44,251 nucleotides of DNA from Choristocarpus tenellus KU-1152 (taxonomy: Eukaryota > Protista > Phaeophyceae), in assembly GCA_964200185.2 (NCBI GenBank), contig CAXNAD020000025.1, positions 1-44,251 on the forward strand, read 5' to 3'. The notes under the pieces were generated by a model. It was given only the letters and a program-made list of their open reading frames with translations. It ran no database searches and had not been told where the DNA came from. Position numbers and translations under genes: made by a program. Positions 12,552 through 26,347 of the stretch are shown here, piece after piece. Every line of letters begins with the position of its first letter. Position 1 is the stretch's first letter.

Positions 12552-15500
12552 GGGTGTGTATGTGATGACTTAATCTACATGTCAACTTCATCACTGCCTG
12601 ATGAGGCACTGCTGTCGTCCAGCAGTTGAGGTAGAAATATTTATGTTTATGAGTTCAATGTCTGTTCAAGGAAAGTATTGTTTCCCTGCATCTGTATTGC
12701 AGTATAGGGATGGAGATAGAGATGTGGGTCAGACAACTGGGTACAACGTTCCCTTTGCAGTTGTTGAGTGAAGGGTTCTCTCTAGTGGCAGTATAAGGGT
12801 GCACTCATGTACAAGTAGGAAGTGTAGAGGTAAGACCTCGGTTTGTTTCCTTTTTTTTGTCAAGGCTATCTCTGTGCTTAGCAGTCTCCATATGTAAAGG
12901 TGTATTTGTGTGGGAATGAACTAGGAAGGGAAGGATATGGGGTAATTGTTGCATAACACATGGTTACGCCTATGATGGGAGCTATAATTGGTTGCCTTCG
13001 TTGTTAGGTCTCACATGTACTACTGTAGACATAAGGTTTGAGAGAGGTGAATGTGGACATTTCCTTTCATCAGCAGTCCTTATTCTTTAGGTGTCGTAAA
13101 CAACTGTTTGTTAAGGTTGAGGATGTAGGGGCTTGTGGCATTTCCCTTGATTCAATGTTATTGTGAATGTTGAAGATATTTACAGCACCCATGTGAATAT
13201 TGATGATGGCAGCGTAAGGGTCGTGATACCCAAGCAGTGCTTCGCATTGTAGTGGGCTATCTTTGTCTTTGATGTGGGTTGAAAGTTTCTGTTTTTTTGG
13301 TGTGTACATATGTAGCCATTGACTGCCCAGTTAGATACATAGTGGCGGGTAATGTAGTGATGCTGCATATTCAATAGATGTGTTCAGATGGAAGGGATAG
13401 GAGGTTTTGCACCACTCCCTAAGTTACTTGTTACCTCCTATGTCCCTCTTGTCCCTTCGGCAATTTTTTTCATTTCCATTTGTTTTGGACATTCTCTGCT
13501 TAGATTATTATTTTCACTTTGTGAAGAATTCCCTCCTGTTCCCTGGTGACAGAATGAACCTTTGTTGTGAGAATATGTACACGTGTGCAAATTCTTGAAA
13601 CATGAGGTATTTGGATGTGCAATTTAATACTACATCCAGTCATAAATTTAATGTTGTAGGAGATGATAACAATATCACCAGTAGGACTGCTATTTAACTT
13701 TTTGCTGAGGAGTGAGTAGCTACCTGGGATATTGAGGATGTCCACTCATGGAGCTTTTGATGCTGATCTCCCTCCTGCCCACATTGCCTTCAACACGGAT
13801 AAGTGCTTAAGGGCCTATCAGAGTCTTTCAGAGGAAGTATCAACCAGTGAAGTACTATGTTGCTCCCAGTCACTGGGCTAATGCAATAGCAACATAAAAT
13901 TGACAATTGATCATTTTTATCATAGTTTTTTCCTGGAATTGATCAGCGGGTAGTTTTCACTGGGCTCAAAGGCCAGCTCTTTTTCACACCTACGAAGAAA
14001 ATGATAACCTTGAGTTCTTACGTACTCTGGAGAATTACTGTAAGTGCCAAGGAATTAATCTGACATCGATTTCTGTTTGATCAAGAACCCCTTATGCAAG
14101 GCACTCACCACTGACAAGCTGGAGCGTTCAACAGAAATCAGGTTTTAATTAGTATTTTGGGTCAGTTTAAAATCCATCTCTTGTTTCTATTAAAAAGTAT
14201 ACCAATAAGTAGTGAGAAATTCGAGAGTAATCATAGTGAGCTTCTCACCCTTTTTATTGGGATTGGGGTCTGTCAATGGTGAAGCCACAATCTCCACGCA
14301 TTGCTCCAAATTGAAGTCCCGTTTGTACTTTGCTCATTTGAGTGACATGATACGATGAAATATGAGTGTGTGTTCAATATGTGTGCACTGAGTATGATGT
14401 GTGAAACACTTCCTATTCTTCTTGCTACATTTGATATTTTCTACATGCACTCCTATTCCTTGCGTACTCAGGGTACTCTCCCATTAGAAGACTCGAACAA
14501 ATTACTACTGATAAAGTTTCTCCAGATGTTGAAATCCTTCTACTACTGACAAACATAATGTCCGATATGACCCAGCATCAGTGATTAATGCAAAGCTTGT
14601 TTCTATGGCAACACAAGTGTTTGCCAAACACAACTCAGCTCGAGATACTGAGATAGGACAGGACTCCATCACTTAGCAAGCACCTACATTCATCCTCTCA
14701 TCCTTTTACACTCCATACTTGAAATGTGCTTGTAGGTGGTTCTGGTGACGCATTATAGATACCACTGATAGAGTTATGAATAGGTATTGAGAGGTGAGAC
14801 TGATGAATTTGCCCACCAATTGTTTTGTTGCTTGGACACTCTGTACATGTATCTGGTGCGTGGCATCATACACCCGATGTGTTGCCTGATCGATGTTTTA
14901 TGATTAGTTTTCTGTTCCTGATACATATGCCTATCATACAAAAAACAGGTAACAGCGTAGTGGAAAGGTAGTTGATGTGGATGATCACAAATCCCACATT
15001 AGAATACAAGACAGTGCATCTTGCCCCCCTTTTGTCCAGTCAGTGGAATCATATCCCTCTTGTAGCATATAATAATACTCTTTACATATTCACACAAAGT
15101 AGTGTTGTCCTGTAGCACCGCATCATCTAAAATGTTACCTTAGGGTAGCCATTGTGGAACTGTTGGTCCCTGATGCATGACCTCACAGTAGTTTCGAAGA
15201 TTGCAGTTAATCTCGATGAGTTGCTTCCAATCTATCATTATATATGTGCATACTATATACATGTTACAGAGTGTTTCATCAACTGCACGGGTATAGGTCT
15301 GTGTCACCAATGTATGTCATGTGCGTCATCAATGTGTTGTTGTAAAAGTAGTACAGCACATGGTGAGACTATGGTCATACAGATAAGATTGTGAACGATT
15401 ACTAAAAATGATATGACTTGCTAAAAACAGTGGAAATGAAAGGAAACACTGTGGAATAGTGGCGTTATTCAAGTAGGCCTTGTGCTCCTCTCCCAATTGC

Positions 15501-17143
15501 TACGTCTTCTCCACTGCCACTGCATCCTTCTTGCCTGGAGGAAATTATTATATTTGTAATCACAAACAGGAAAATGTGAAGAGAAATGTTCCCCCATGAA
15601 CTTCACTCAAATTATCTCTGTTTTGGTAGTTGAGAGGGTTAATGTGAAAATGGTTTATTGTGCTCAGCACACACCTTTCTGAGTTATGATAGCCTCAAAT
15701 AATTTCTTAAATTCAGTATGGGATCAGAAGCACTATGGTCCTGTATCACAGTGATTTGTCATGGGCATCTTTTTCAAGTTGTACTGCATGAATGACCAGC
15801 TGGGCAGGAGTTTAATATGAGCAACCTTGTATTTTACACTTAATTGGAGATTTATAAACAAACCTTTGCACGACTTAAGGCTATCAGCCTGATACGCATC
15901 TACTAGTGATACCCTTGAATTCCCATTTGCTACTACTACTATATTACTGCTAGTGCTACTGCCTTTCTTTTATGCCATGCCTACTTTGGACCTAGTTGAT
16001 GTGAGTTGCTTTGGAAAGTGATTGTTCGCAAATAACAGTTAAGCGGTGCATGGTGTATGGGCTACTTTCCACAACATCACTTTTTGGACAGGATATCTTG
16101 TCGATTAATGTTGTCTACTACACTACTACTCTTACCTGTGCCAGATTGTATTGAGTACCACCTCTGTTGTGCCACACAAAGATTTTGCTAAGATAATCTG
16201 TTCCATTTTTGTGAACCAAGTATCTTGTTGTTGCATTGCTCTACTTTTGTGACGGATTAAATTAGTTCCCAGATGGCCTAGGGAGGGGCACGCTTTGAAA
16301 TGATGCACAACACAGGAAAAATAACATACTTCTTGTTCTTGTGTCACCTGGTGTGTTATGATAGGCTTCAAGAAGATTGGAAAAGAATGTGCCTTTAAGC
16401 GATAGCATCGTACAATAGTAGAGCAGTATGAATAATAGCTACTGTGATATTGAACTCTTGCTCATCCCTGTTTCTATGACAGTAGGTAGTAGTAGGAGGT
16501 TTGGACCCGAGGTCCGATTTACGACGTTGCCTTGGCTTTAGATGCCACCTCAACGACTTGTTTGAAGCGATGAAGCTCCTCTACTCATCATGTCGATATT
16601 GTCCTATATGTTTGAATGTCACACGACGACTTTGGGAGGCAAGTTATTTGTTGCCTATACCTGGGTCTGGTCCAATTCAGACACCCAGACCAACAGAATC
16701 CGTGAGAACTACGTGTACATAGAGCCAAAACAAAAGATATTGTGACCTTATCCTGAACCAGATCTTATCGAATAGAGGAAACTAAGACCTGAACACCCGC
16801 AGTAGGGACTACCAATTCTAATACTACTTCTAACTTACTATATCTATCTAGACTTTAACTATCTACTCTATCCGACCCCTGGAACCCACACCACCTATTA
16901 CTAATTGATCATATGAATTCTTCGAAGATGTAATTCAAGTTCCAACCATAGTTGAATGTAATTGCTCTGTAGCGCTACGTTTCTCAAATAGTTTGCCCTA
17001 TAGCCTTTTCAGGATCAAGAATATTTGTAGTGGATTGAAAATTTATGGGGCTCCCACTGCATCACTCTCAAAATTCACAACCACCAGTGTCTTGAGTGTG
17101 TGTGTGAAGCTGCATCTACTCTTGCACCTCCCCAGTGCTTCGG

Positions 17144-20100
17144 ATGCCACCTAAACGAAGGACCAGCCATGAAAGGGGTATGGATTCAAAGAGGGACTCT
17201 AATCAGGACTCAACTAGACGAAAGGTGTCTGAGGTCAAGAGACGACGACAGGTTCGAAGCGAGCATTCCCACACTGTTAACTTCATGTCTAAGATTGATC
17301 ACCATATTTATCTGCCCTACCTAACTCTATGCAAGGCAGACAGTGTATCTTTATCTATCGAACGTATCGATATGGAAGTGGGAATGCAGTTGGGTCCTCA
17401 TCACTATGATCCCTCCCTATGGATCCCCAATACCCCGTAGAATACCACCGCTTTAGCATGGGGAGATGACAATATAGAAGACCCAGACTCAAGCTCCAAC
17501 TCAGAGGACGAAGGAGACAGAAGGGCTGGAAATAAGGAGAAGAGAGAGCTGGGCGAATTAGCTGAGATAGCGGAGGCAGAGGCCAGGGAGACAGCTGAGG
17601 AAAAGCGATTGCGCCTGGCAAGAGATGTGCTCCACAGGCTGGACCGAGAAGAGCAGGAAAAGGTCAGATATTATGACTACCTTGCTCCGGTAAAGTAAGG
17701 TGAATGCTTTGGACGAAGCATAAAGTGTTACATCCCACAATATAGACAGTGGTTTCAAACACGGAATCAGTCACATGACTAATTTGACTCGCAACTTTTG
17801 CCTTGAGATCTCCAAGTATCGATGCACGGAGTATAAGTCTCACCAACAAGTTGAAAATACTTCAAAGGCAGCGTTTATGGGCCTTTGTTGGTTTGTGAGT
17901 ACACCTCGAGTTGCACGTAGGTAGGACCTAGGAGGGTAACACGAACCCCTTTTGGCGCAGTGCGAAGGGTGCCCTGGTCTGAACTTGTGGATCCGCATAA
18001 ATTTATATATGTAACAAACCTCCTGTCCTGATCATAGATGGTAGTGACCCAAAGCTGAATCTATGCAATCCAATCCATTGACTTTTGTTGCTGGTCAGCA
18101 TGATGGGAGTGATGAGGAAGATGGAGAGGACTACCTTGGTGAGAAGCTGGCACATGCTCGCCTGGAAGCAACAGGGATGCTGTATAGAGAGGTAAGTGGG
18201 AAGGACTTTACTTGTGGGCATCAGTCCTGATAATGTTCTGCATATTTGTTGCTTTGTCTGAAGCATCTTACTTTTTGTCTCTGTTTCGTATCCATTCCGT
18301 TCATTAAATATATGTGTAAGTTAGGCAAGGTACTCCCATTCCATATAAAGCAAACGGGAGAGAAGTGGTTGTTTATGCATCTGCTGACTCAAATCCCCTC
18401 CTGTAGGCCAGCATTGCCACACGTTCAAGCAATATTTGTCAAGTGATTCCAGGACATATTCTAATGTCAATCTGTCCAGTCCTCATTATTCTCATTGCAT
18501 TCTACTCCTTTTTGCTTCACCATGAGGTATTGATACTACTAAATATCATATCTTAGTCCTTTAGTCCAGTTACGTAGGTGTTGATTGAGGAGCACTCTAT
18601 ACCAATACCATGTGTACTGCTTGAACTGTGACCACTCCCGATTTCTGATCTGTAGAATATCAGGAGCACCATATCATAGATACTTCTTTTTTGTGTTCTG
18701 AAATAGTTGTTATCAGTCAAACTTAACCCTATCTTGAACCATGATAGTACCTAATAGGAGTATCTTACAAAGAATGAGGATATGCTGGCATCACCAGGAA
18801 AAAAGTTTGAAAACATGTTGAAACAGAACATTTTTTTGGTGCATATTGAACTTATCCTGAATGAGGGCAGGTGGCAAGAGGACTTGAGGGAAAGCAGATT
18901 TACCCATCAACACTAAGACGTATGAGGGGTCACAAGCTGACTCCAACATGTGTAGCACTATCACCAGATGACAAAACTGTCTTTTCAGGGAGTAAGGATA
19001 ACTCCATTGTACGGTGGGATGTTGAGACAGGAAAGCGGACACTTGTGCGACCTCGGTGGCGAAAGCTTCCTGGAGGGACTGTCCCAGATGTAAAGGCGCA
19101 TAGTAATGAGGTCAGGTTGTGTGCTAGCTTGGAACTCAAATCTGAAGGATATGGTGCATCTCCCCCCCCCCTGACGTTTATGTTATCATGACTTGTGTTG
19201 GATCTGTTTGTGATAAGATAATGTACATGAAGCTACTCAAGGGGCTTCAGATATTCAAGTACTTGAAAGTTGCGTGCGCAAGCACACACACGCTCCCCAG
19301 TGTTTGCGGGTGGTACCTTGTATAGGTTGAGAATTGCCATCCTTCAAATGGGCATCTAAACTCTACACTTAAGGGAGTGAATACTGCCAGTGGTTGGACA
19401 GCTGTAAGTAAGAGGTCAAAATTAAAACTACATTACAGTATTCATGCAGTCATATAGTTTCACTGTTTTGGTCCAGGACTTGCTGTTCAACATTTGCCCA
19501 GGGTACTACATGTTGTCCACAGCTGTCAGTCAGTCTTGTAACCAGGCACATGGAGTGCATTTGATCTGATTGTGGACTAAATGACCTCCCCTCAAAACTT
19601 TGAGGGGATCTTGGCAGCATGTTTGCAATGTGGTTTTTGCCGTTTGAGTCTGCCAAGCCTCTCGGGCGATTGCATTTTGGATTAGGGTTACGTTTTTGAA
19701 GCACAAGATCCATGATACACACCTTAGAGCAAAATGTTTCGCAAGAACACACATAGCTTAGGGTTAAGGTTAGTCAGGTTTGAGATGTCTTAGAGATAAT
19801 TGAGCCAAAGAAATCCCATACCTCTGATGTTGAGATATTTTAAGTGTCACAATACTCCTTGTCCCTGTCACACAATGTCCTGCAAGGTGTTGGCCTTGGC
19901 TGTGAGTGGAGATGGTCGATATCTGGTGTCAGGGGGTCGTGACCGCTTGGTCCATGTTTGGGACTGTCGTACTGATGAATTGGTGGAGAGTTTTCGGGGT
20001 CACCAGGATGCTGTGTCCACCCTGGCCTTCCGCTCAAATAGCTTGGCCCTCTTCTCAGGATCACATGACCGGTGTGTCAAGGTGTGTTTTGAATTTTGTG

Positions 20101-23100
20101 GGAGATGATATGCCTGATGGGGCTATGATCTCTGTGATGAAACTGTAGGAAGAGATGTATTCTCTTCTCTTCTGCCAATCCAGTTTGAAGGATAAGTACC
20201 TCACAGTATATTTTGTAATGTTGGACCTTCTTGGTCAATCGGGTGCAGGTTGAAGACTGTAAGTGAGGATATGGTAAGGGTTGTAGCATGTATGCCCCAC
20301 TTGAAGTCAGATATTTCAAGAGAGGTGTTTATAGGTTGGTAGAAAATGTTGTAAAGTGTACAGTGTCATGGCAACTTGTGCTGTGTATATTTGTGTTGGA
20401 TGCTGACTCTGCCTTGTCAAACTTGAGCTGTGTGTCACACATTAAGATGACTGGTGAGATTTTCATGTTCATTGTTGGTATTACAAATGCTGTAGTAATT
20501 GGAAATCTGATTGGTTCTCTCATGTGGGCAAGTGACTTCTTTTGCAAAAAAAGGAATCCGATTTGTTGGATGTGAGTTGGCAGTTCACCAATGTACGAAG
20601 TTATCCTTCCAAAGGTGTATAAACTTGACATCAAGTGTTCATTGAGGAACACGTGAATCAAACACTAGAGGCAGATTCGAGAAAATGTAGATATCCTGTC
20701 AACTATATGGAATCGCTTTCAAGCAGGGTGATTTCATTAGGCGTATGGATTTCCAGCGGGGCTGTGTTGACCATCAATGGAGCAATAGCTCACTCCAGGT
20801 TAAGAGTTATAGTTTGGGTCAGGTCACACTAGATACTTTTGTCCTTGCATGCTTTTGTACCACCTCTGCAATGGGTCTTACTTCCAGCCTCTGCTCATTT
20901 TATCTCACAGCATTGGGACTTAAATGAGATGGGGTATGTTGAGACCATGTTTGGTCACCAGTCTGAGATTAACGCCATTGATGCATGCCACAAGGAACGG
21001 GCTGTGACAGGCGGGCGGGATCGAACGGTGAGAATGTGTCTCATGGTGACATGATTTGACATGATATGGGTTGTTTTGTATGTCCTTTTTTCTCAGAAGA
21101 AGCATATGCGAAGGTCCCATGAGAGTGTGACTTCTCGGGCTTTGTATCCAACAGATGAGACATATTTTGGTACCCTTGATGGGAGTGGGAAGCAGTTCTA
21201 ACACTCACCCTGCTGTTATCCCAATCAAAATGATGCAACTCAGACAATCTTTGTATAGTGGGGGTTTTGTAGACTAAGATGACTTCTGAGTGAATGTGAA
21301 CCTCCAAGTTCTTTTGTTGCATCTAGAGTGCACTTGGTGATTGAATGGTATGGTTCAATCTGGTATTGCAAGCTGAGCAAACATGCATGAGAGTTCATGG
21401 GTCTGCCCTCATCTTGACCCCAGCATCAGAAGTTCTGGATTAAATCGTTCAAGGACTCACCATCTCTTTTGTTTTATCAGAGTTGAATCCAAACATTAAA
21501 TGAGACAATTTTAAAGTTGAGACGTGGAGAAGTTTTTCTGCTAGGTTTCCTTCAATGTGAAGTAGGGTTCCAATGCCAATTGCAGTGGATCCTGAGAATT
21601 AGTCCCTTCTCCTAATTTTGTTCACTATCTTTCACCTGTCTCATTCTGCCCTCCCCAATACCAAGGTTCTTTTGCTAGTTCTCCAACTGTCTAGCACTAT
21701 GCGCAATCTGGGTAATGTGAAAATAGTTTAGAAACCTGACACCTAGTCGACTGTGTTCTTGCTCATCCCTCATCATCCCTAGCACTTAGGCTCTACGCCT
21801 CCCAACATTTTTGAATATTGCTTCGCTCGCACACAATGATATTCATTTGTTATCTCGTCCTTGTCCCCATTTTTTGCAATCTGCTCTAATAGTATGAGGA
21901 GGATAGAGGTGGTTTTGGTCACATTTTCTTTGTATTGACAGAGTTTTGTTTACAGTTATGTGGTACATATATTTTGCACTTGCATTTAATTATTGCGTAG
22001 TCTGTTAAACCACCAAGGCAGAACAAGAAATGAAATATTCATGTATCGGAATGTGCTGTTTTTAGAAGAGACTCTTTCCTGTTGCATTTGTCCTATGGTC
22101 TCCAGGTACGACTATGGAAGGTTCTGGAAGATAGCCACCTGGTGTTTCGACCTGTGGGGGGTGGCAGCATTGACTGTGTCAGGTATGCCAAATATGTACA
22201 CACAATCTTTGTATGGTGTCCTCTTACCTACTAGATTAGATTTATTTTATTTACATTGTTGTGATCTGTCTCATTTGTTTGCATCCTCAACTGTGGATTC
22301 ATTTCCCTCTCAGTATGTTGAATGATGACTGGTTTGTCACTGGGGGAGAAGATGGACATTTGTCACTGTGGTTTGCCATGAAGAAGAAGCCAGCTGCTGT
22401 TGCACTTAAGGCCCATGGGTGTGGACCATCAGGCGCTCCACGATGGATCAGTGCACTGTGCTGCCTTAAACAATCTGATCTGGTTGTCAGCGGCTCCAAC
22501 GATGGGTTTCTGAGGTTGTGGCATGCTAATACAGAGGGGCGATCTTTGGAGCAGGCAAGTTTTGAGGTGGAGGTGCTTGAATGTGTGTTCCTGACCTTTG
22601 GAACAAATGTGGTTCACTTTGATAGTCATGTTGATTTGGACCAAGAATAAAAGGTCAAAGACTTCATTGATGCTGCTGAATCTTGCTCTGAAATTTTATG
22701 ACAGAGTGCCTTACATATACACTAGTTGATGTATGGTTGGTACTTCGAATTGTTGTGGTAATGTAGTAGCGTTGCTCAAATCAATGTTATGTAAATAGCA
22801 AACACTATGCAAATATTGAGAAGTCAATCAATAGAAACACTCTGTTCTGCTTTAAATCTACCGTCTCCCTTGCCCTCTCTATTTTAGTACGATTCATTGT
22901 GCCAGGACTAAATGGCATTATGATGTACTCTCTAAATGGACACATGATGCACGAGGTAGTATTTCTGACATCCATCTTCCTTGGATGGTGTTTTTTTCCA
23001 TCTCTACCCATCTAACAAAATGTGAGACAGGTTTCTTCAGTTGAAATGGGAGGGTTTGTGAATGGACTAGCAATATCTTCAACAGGGAAGTTTGTAGTGG

Positions 23101-23252
23101 CAGCAGTGGGACCAGAGCACCGCCTGGGGCGATGGGAGAGACAGCAAGGTGGACACAATGAAATTTGTGTTGTGCCACTTCCTTCAGAAAACCCACAAAG
23201 TGGACTGGATGAAGATAGTGAAGATCATGATGGAATGGAGGACAGTGATTGA
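17144..23252 (+). CDS. RRP9: U3 snoRNP-associated WD40 protein RRP9/U3-55K, ~504 aa
   Basis: Exons 17144-17251 (donor choice uncertain), 17441-17662, 18099-18191, 18871-19110, 19887-20081, 20911-21027, 22106-22182, 22314-22554 (GC donor), 23031-23252. Signatures: ETAEEKRLRLAR, GHKLTPTCVALSPD..VFSGSKD, VLALAVSGDGRYLVSGGRD, FRGHQDAVS, MGYVETMFGHQ, GGRDRTVRLWKV.EDSHLVF, SLWFAMKKKP, RWISAL, GFVNGL, VGPEHRLGRW. Confidence 0.94.
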
Positions 23253-23763
23253 GGTCATGTTTGTCTATCAGTGACCCTGTTAAGCTTCCTTGGCAAAGCA
23301 TACCTCTGAGGTTAAACATAAAATAATGGACTTTCTGTTCAATGATCAATACAAATAGTTCATCTGTCGAAGCAGAGCGTTCGTTATTTGTGACAGCAGT
23401 GGAAAGCACCCATTTTGATCTGATTGGGGATTCCCATCTAATTTGTATGAGAAGAGGATCCTCATCAACATGTTCATATTCAACTACTGCACAACTTTAG
23501 AAATATTTTACAGGTCAAGGCAACCGATTTTTGATCACAGTGTAGGATAAAGCCTTCCAAAAAATGCATACAATGAATTCACCCTGACCAGGATATGGTT
23601 ATATTGCAACAAATCGTCAAAATGTCCACTGCAGAGAAAAGCTTTGGCTCAGCCTTGATGACTCACCCATCTCCTGACCTCTGAAAAGCATTCCCTCTTC
23701 TACATGAAAGAATTTTCATGGGAGTATTACTGGGAGTAAATTTCTACAGAAAGGGGTCTATTA

Positions 23764-26044
23764 TTAACTCGCCCCTCCTGAGTGATGTTCATCAACACTA
23801 CCTTCCCATTGCTCTTGCTCCAAGATTCCTAGTTGATCATCATAGTACACAAATTTCTCTGAAACTAGAGACACTGCCTGTGAGTAGGGCAAGGAAAGGC
23901 AAGGGTGTGTTGATTCACAATGTTACTATGTGCTTTATGTTTGGAAATGTTTCCATAGTTTCAGAGAGTGTGTTAGAATGTGGAACATCTCACTGGTTTA
24001 CATGGTCTTAACAATGGAAAGGAGAAGAAGCTGAGACAATAATCGATAGAGGATAGTTCATTTTGAATTATTGGAATCTCTACCATAGAGAACAAAGGCA
24101 CACCTAGGGGTAGAATCAGGTGTCCTGGAGAAGGGAAAATCGAATACTCCATGTACACACCTCTTCCTACAAGAACTATGGTTTAAAAAATATATGGAAT
24201 TGAGGACAACGTGAACCTGTCCTTCAAAGAAAACAAGAAGGATCTTTCTACATTTCAAGACGTTAGATCACACTATAAATATTGCACCTCTCTTGTTGTA
24301 CCTGAGTGATTCTCGTTTGGTGAAAGAGGGTATTCTCCTTGCTTGACATTAGATATGCTTGAGATTAACTCCATCCCTCTGGCCAGCATACAGTTCACCA
24401 AGGTTACTATGGTATCCACATGCTAACCTACGTGTCATTTGTCCATCCACTTGTAAGTTTCCCTCTCATGTCATCAAACTGCAACCCAAGTTATATTGCT
24501 CACCACCCTTCAGGTGCATCAAGACCATCAATGGATAGCCACATTAACGAAAATGGTGTAGATAAGTTGGTCTTGGATTCACTGTAGAAGCAATGCCATA
24601 TTGGGGCAAAGACAATTTTCCTAGTTGAAAGTACTCCCACCAAATCAAGCCCTCACGTTACTCCTGAACTACCTTCACATCAAAAAGCTCAAGTTGAAGT
24701 ATGAGTGTGGGCATGTGACGACCATATTTCCAAACATACATAAACACACCAGGCAGCTTTGAAATGGAGTTATTGAGGCAAGCCCGGAAGAACCAAAGCA
24801 ATAACAGGAAATTCCAGTCCTCTCACCTGGGCATAGTTGAGACTAAGTCGTTCTGCTCGTTCACAAAGCACAGCTGTCTCGGATGACTGACCCAGGTGTA
24901 TAGCCTCTAACCGCGAGAGTCTCCTACTTAAATCGGAAATATCTGCAAAAAAATGACAGGAGATAGTTGTAGCAAGTGAGTCCATGAAAATCGAACACCG
25001 ACTCACAGCGATCGGATGATCGGAGAGAACAAGATATGGAAGGGTAATTGGACACGAGAGGGGTACCATGCGTGATAGTTCAACCACTGCATGTATTTGT
25101 GTTTGGATTTGAAAGGTACGATGTCACTCATTGGACCCTTGTTCATGCTGCACCCTGGCAGAGTGAAGCAGCACCATTCTGTTAAGGACTACAAAACAAG
25201 AGCACGTAATACATAGTTATCTTGGGCAGGAGATGATATCTTCGTCTTCAACTGCACCTTGCAAGTATGGTGGGTTGATATGTTCTTGGAGTGCCTTGAC
25301 TTGCCCCAGTAGGCAGGCCATCCTGTCGACCTCATCCTTGGCAGCTAGAAGGGCGCTCTCTTTCAACGCCAGTGTATCAGCGCTTCCAGGTGCAAAAGAT
25401 GCACCCGGTTCCATCATACCAAGGGCCATTGCTGTAGTGATAATCGAAAGGGGGGTGAAATTGTAATAAGCTGTTACAAAGTGAGCAGGTGATAGCGTTA
25501 CGTAGTTCAGTTGGTGTGCATCCCTCTACATTGTCAGGTCCTCAGAAGGAAAATCAGCCCTCATCTTGGGATTCTACATGGGACAGCCGGAAGCACTCCG
25601 AGGACGAGGGGTGAGGATACATCGCAGTGGACGCAGTAGGCGCCGGACGAGCAAATTTCGCCTGCATCACAGGGACAGGAATCGGGGAATGGGACAGGCA
25701 GCCTCTAAGCGTCCTTTGTACTGACCTTGAGTGTTTATATGGTTTAGATCTTTGTTGCCTCTTTCCACCTGAGAAACGCTCTTAGAGAGCATCTTAACTC
25801 TCTCACCCAGATCCACTCCCAAGTCACCCCGAGTCGACTGTGACGTGTACACTAGTCTTTCTAAGGCATCTAGTCGCGCAAGAAGCATCTGCTCCGCATC
25901 CTGTTGATTTCAGAGTTTGCAAGGTGAAGGGTTAAAACTGATCTTACAACACGAAGTTTTCGCAAAGAACCACCCAAAAATGATTTAGATAGTGACCACT
26001 TTGATCACCTCATCTCGTGGAATAGTGTCAGGTGCATCCTCCAT
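23764..26044 (-). CDS. DCTN3: Dynactin subunit p22/p24 (DCTN3-like), ~217 aa
   Basis: Exons 26044-26009, 25900-25726, 25470-25258, 24942-24827, 23877-23764 (654 nt; intron phases 0,1,1,0 consistent). Helical protein with the DCTN3-type pattern LARLDALERLV ... LGQVKALQEHINPPYL.DI..L..RLSRLEAIH..Q ... R.E.L...Y...VSLVSEKFVYYDDQL..LE. Confidence 0.75.
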
Positions 26045-26347
26045 TGTTCTTGGTCCCATCATTTCATGTATATCTGTTGGAAATGAACGATCAAAGGTTT
26101 CAAGGTATATCGGAGGCGTCTTGTAGCGACAACTTGCCCATGGTTGGGGACTTGGCCTTGTACCTTGGTTGTGCCTGGCTGGCCTAGTCTCGTTGTTACA
26201 CTACTGTAGGGTGCCAAGCTGGAGGAACATCCAGAGCTAGGGAGATCTACATAGTGGCGATATTCGCTGCAATACGCCTAGACTGAACACGGACAGACGA
26301 CGAAGAGGGTCTGGATCGGGGGTGGTGGATTTGAGTCCAATTTCAAC
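26045..26347. promoter_or_regulatory. Putative bidirectional promoter between DCTN3 (-) and methyltransferase-TPR (+)
   Basis: Divergent ATGs are 303 nt apart, in a locally CpG-rich segment. Confidence 0.5.

Noticed and set aside
15450-16371. Possible minus-strand spliced small ORF divergent from RRP9 (donor ~16135, acceptor ~15535)
   Set aside because: No recognisable protein similarity; could be lncRNA or noise.
16501-16722. Short similarity (gatgccacctcaacga) to the RRP9 start region at ~17143
   Set aside because: Only about 16 nt match; compatible with chance.
17663-23030. Intronic snoRNA in RRP9 introns
   Set aside because: No convincing box C/D pair with a terminal stem, and no H/ACA structure seen.
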